This document shows positions 61,783 through 64,000 of a stretch of 64,000 nucleotides of DNA, piece after piece. The notes beneath the pieces are model-generated. The model searched no databases. It saw only the letters and a program-made list of their open reading frames with translations, and was not told the DNA's origin. The number at the start of each line of letters is the position of its first letter. Within the stretch, counting starts at the first letter, position 1. The translations under genes and the position numbers were made by a program. The stretch is from Candidatus Marinacidobacterales bacterium (GTDB lineage Bacteria > Acidobacteriota > Vicinamibacteria > Marinacidobacterales > SMYC01), in assembly GCA_965224085.1 (NCBI GenBank), contig CBDCYI010000004.1:1824001-1888000 (forward strand), given 5' to 3'.

Positions 61783-63288
61783 ATGACGGGACTCGACAGG
61801 CCGCTCATCATCGCAGCCGCGAGCATTTACCTGCTCCTCGTTCTGGCGGTCGGGCTCTGGTCCGCACGGCGGACGCGCACCGCAAAGGACTTCTGGATTG
61901 CGGGTCAAAACATCGGCCTGTGGACGACCGGACTCGCGACAACATCCGCCGCTTTCAGCGGTTTCGTTTTCCTCGGAGGCCCCGGACTCACCTACCGACT
62001 CGGCACGGGTTCACTTTTCATCGTGGTCGCCGGCGGTTTCACCGCCAGCGTGATGTGCTGGGTCCTGGCGAAGCGACTTCGCCTCCTGGCAACGGTGCGT
62101 GAGATCTACACGATCCCCGACGCCATCCTCTGTCGTTACCGAAGCCGCTCCGCCTCAGGAATCGCCGCCATTGCCGTGATCGTGGGGACGCTGGCCTATT
62201 TGGGCGCGCAGTTTCTCGCACTGGGGCGGCTCGTCGAAGCGGTGTTCGGCACGCGTGAGCTCTTCGGCCCGCAAAGCCTCGCGATCGCCGTCACGGCGGG
62301 CGTCGTGGTCGTCGTGTTGTACGCGTGCCTCGGCGGGATGATCGCCGGGGTCTATACCGATCTGCTTCAGGGGTCGTTGATGACGCTCGTGGCCGGTGTC
62401 GTATTCGTCCACGCGATCGCGGAAGGCGGAGGCCTCGAGCGCATCGCGACGAGCATCACGGCGTCCGAAGCCTTCGGACGCTCATTCCTCGAGCCGCTCG
62501 GACGCGTACCGATTTGGACCGCCGTCGGTTTCTACTTCGTCTTCGGAATCGGCGTCCTGGGACAGCCGCACATGCTTCATAAGTTTTACATGATAAAGGA
62601 CCCCCGTGACTTGAAGTGGATCCCGCTCGTTGTCGGCTTCACGCAAACGCTGTGCGTTCTCATATGGTTGGGCCTCGGCCTCGTCGTCCCAGCCCTCGTA
62701 GCGCAAGGGCGACTCGCCCCTCTCGCGCAGCCCGACCATGCCGCACCGATCTACTTGCTGGAGTTCGCACCCACACTTCTAGCAGGGTTGGTCTTCGCCG
62801 GCATCCTCGCTGCCATCATGTCGACGGCAGATTCTTTCGTGAACATCGGCTCCGCCGCCCTCGTTCGCGATCTGCCCAAAGCACTAGGTCGCGAGCTGAA
62901 GCGCGAGCTTTTGTGGGGACGCGTGGCGGTCGTCGGCTTTGCCGTGGGCGCGGGTGCGCTCGCGACTCTTTACGGAGACTTGATTGCGATACTCGGCACC
63001 TTCGCCTTTGGAACGTTTGGTGCAGCGCTTGCGCCAGCGCTTGCGATAGGGCTGAACTGGCACCGCGTCACTGCTAAAGCCGCCGCGGCCTCGATGCTTA
63101 CGGGCATCACTCTGAATCTCGGGCTAGAGCTTTTCGCCCGAAATGGTGTGGTACTCCTGAAGCCGGGGATACTTCCCACCGCCGTCTCCCTGGCTGCATC
63201 CTTCTCGGTGCTATTTCTCGTGAGCTGGCTATCGGATCCCGACAACAACAAGATCGACGAAGACGTCGCCTACGTGATGGAGCACTGA
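61783..63288 (+). CDS. Sodium:solute symporter (SSS family)
   Basis: SAAFSGFVFLGGPG, GGMIAGVYTDLLQG, GQPH, AAIMSTADS. Confidence 0.93.
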   Translation: MTGLDRPLIIAAASIYLLLVLAVGLWSARRTRTAKDFWIAGQNIGLWTTGLATTSAAFSGFVFLGGPGLTYRLGTGSLFIVVAGGFTASVMCWVLAKRLRLLATVREIYTIPDAILCRYRSRSASGIAAIAVIVGTLAYLGAQFLALGRLVEAVFGTRELFGPQSLAIAVTAGVVVVVLYACLGGMIAGVYTDLLQGSLMTLVAGVVFVHAIAEGGGLERIATSITASEAFGRSFLEPLGRVPIWTAVGFYFVFGIGVLGQPHMLHKFYMIKDPRDLKWIPLVVGFTQTLCVLIWLGLGLVVPALVAQGRLAPLAQPDHAAPIYLLEFAPTLLAGLVFAGILAAIMSTADSFVNIGSAALVRDLPKALGRELKRELLWGRVAVVGFAVGAGALATLYGDLIAILGTFAFGTFGAALAPALAIGLNWHRVTAKAAAASMLTGITLNLGLELFARNGVVLLKPGILPTAVSLAASFSVLFLVSWLSDPDNNKIDEDVAYVMEH

Positions 63289-63479
63289 GTGCCGTCCACG
63301 CCCAGGCCATGATTTCAAAGGGCCCGCGAGCCCTATACGCCGGGGCCATTCGTGTTGAGCGCAGTGGCAGAGCTTCCATTCTTGAGCGATTCTTCCGAGG
63401 CCTTGTCGGTGGCTTTCTGGCGCGTGCAAGACAGGCACCCGTCGGAGGCGAACGAACCTTTCTCAAAGAACTCCGGCCC

Positions 63480-64000
63480 CTAGCTGGCTGCTTTCACCGT
63501 CAAGAGTCCAGGGTTGGTGACGCGCTCTTCTTCGAACATGTTCCGAACGCAGAGCGCGAAGCGCTGCTGTCCTTCGATCTTCGACGTCACGATGAGGGGG
63601 ATGCGGAGCTCGTCACGGCCCTCGAAATCCATGGTGAACTGCTTGACCTTGCCGCCGCCTTGAATCCAGGACATGCTCGCCGGCAAGCTGACATGCGCCA
63701 AGTCGCCGACGTGGTAGCCGTCGAGAAGAGTGACGACGAGCTCGGCCTTGTCGCCCATACGGAAGTGGGTTGCCTTTTTGGCGTTCGTATCCCGGAACCC
63801 CACGCGCACCGGAAACCCTACGTCGTAGTTGTTCCAGTCCTCTTCGTGAACGCGCGTGACCTCAACCGCGGCGACACCTTCCAGAACCTCGACGGATTCA
63901 ATTTGGTCGCTCAGGGACGTCGCGTCGAGCGCCGTCATTTCCTTGCCATTCACGCGGAGTCGCCCCTCGCCGCTGACGAGCCCCGACGAGCGCAGCTGGA
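63480..64000 (-). CDS. C-terminus of a large hypothetical protein (partial)
   Basis: Open frame running off the window end; beta-rich C-terminal domain. Confidence 0.6.
   Translation of the reverse strand, partial: QLRSSGLVSGEGRLRVNGKEMTALDATSLSDQIESVEVLEGVAAVEVTRVHEEDWNNYDVGFPVRVGFRDTNAKKATHFRMGDKAELVVTLLDGYHVGDLAHVSLPASMSWIQGGGKVKQFTMDFEGRDELRIPLIVTSKIEGQQRFALCVRNMFEEERVTNPGLLTVKAAS

Noticed and set aside
1-64000. CRISPR array, rRNA, retron or DGR
   Set aside because: No regularly spaced repeats or rRNA signatures seen; the only RT is group II intron type and the 150-bp repeat differences are not adenine-specific nor in a target gene end

Overview
GC-rich (roughly 60-65%) bacterial DNA. 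Gene content (ADOP/MacB-type permease tail, kinase-PD40 propeller tail, paired amidohydrolases, Omp85 barrels) is suggestive of Acidobacteriota/Vicinamibacteria, which is an inference only. The window is strongly mosaic: about 20 abrupt junctions splice unrelated gene fragments and about 11 single-base frameshifts interrupt otherwise normal genes, so part of the arrangement may be assembly or sequencing artefact. Intact metabolic and transport genes include larE, ftcD, gpmA, pckA, HMG-CoA lyase, a D-2-hydroxyacid dehydrogenase, an NhaD/ArsB permease, an SSS symporter and a Ni permease. Mobile DNA comprises a group II intron RT (missed by the ORF track), two IS1-family pieces, two rve-integrase elements, three IS5/IS903-group elements with TIRs, IS21 istAB, an IS91 tail, degenerate tRNA 3' ends and a 150-bp dispersed repeat. 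Operons are herA-sbcD-sbcC-nurA (damaged), MoxR-DUF58-transglutaminase and VapBC. The two best candidates for an undescribed system are (1) an intact, translationally coupled five-gene specialised Hsp70 module (926-aa helical protein, HPPD J-domain, GrpE, Hsp70, Zn-ribbon/TPR protein) at an island-like boundary, and (2) an exported atypical-kinase-fold protein coupled to an Omp85/BamA-family barrel.
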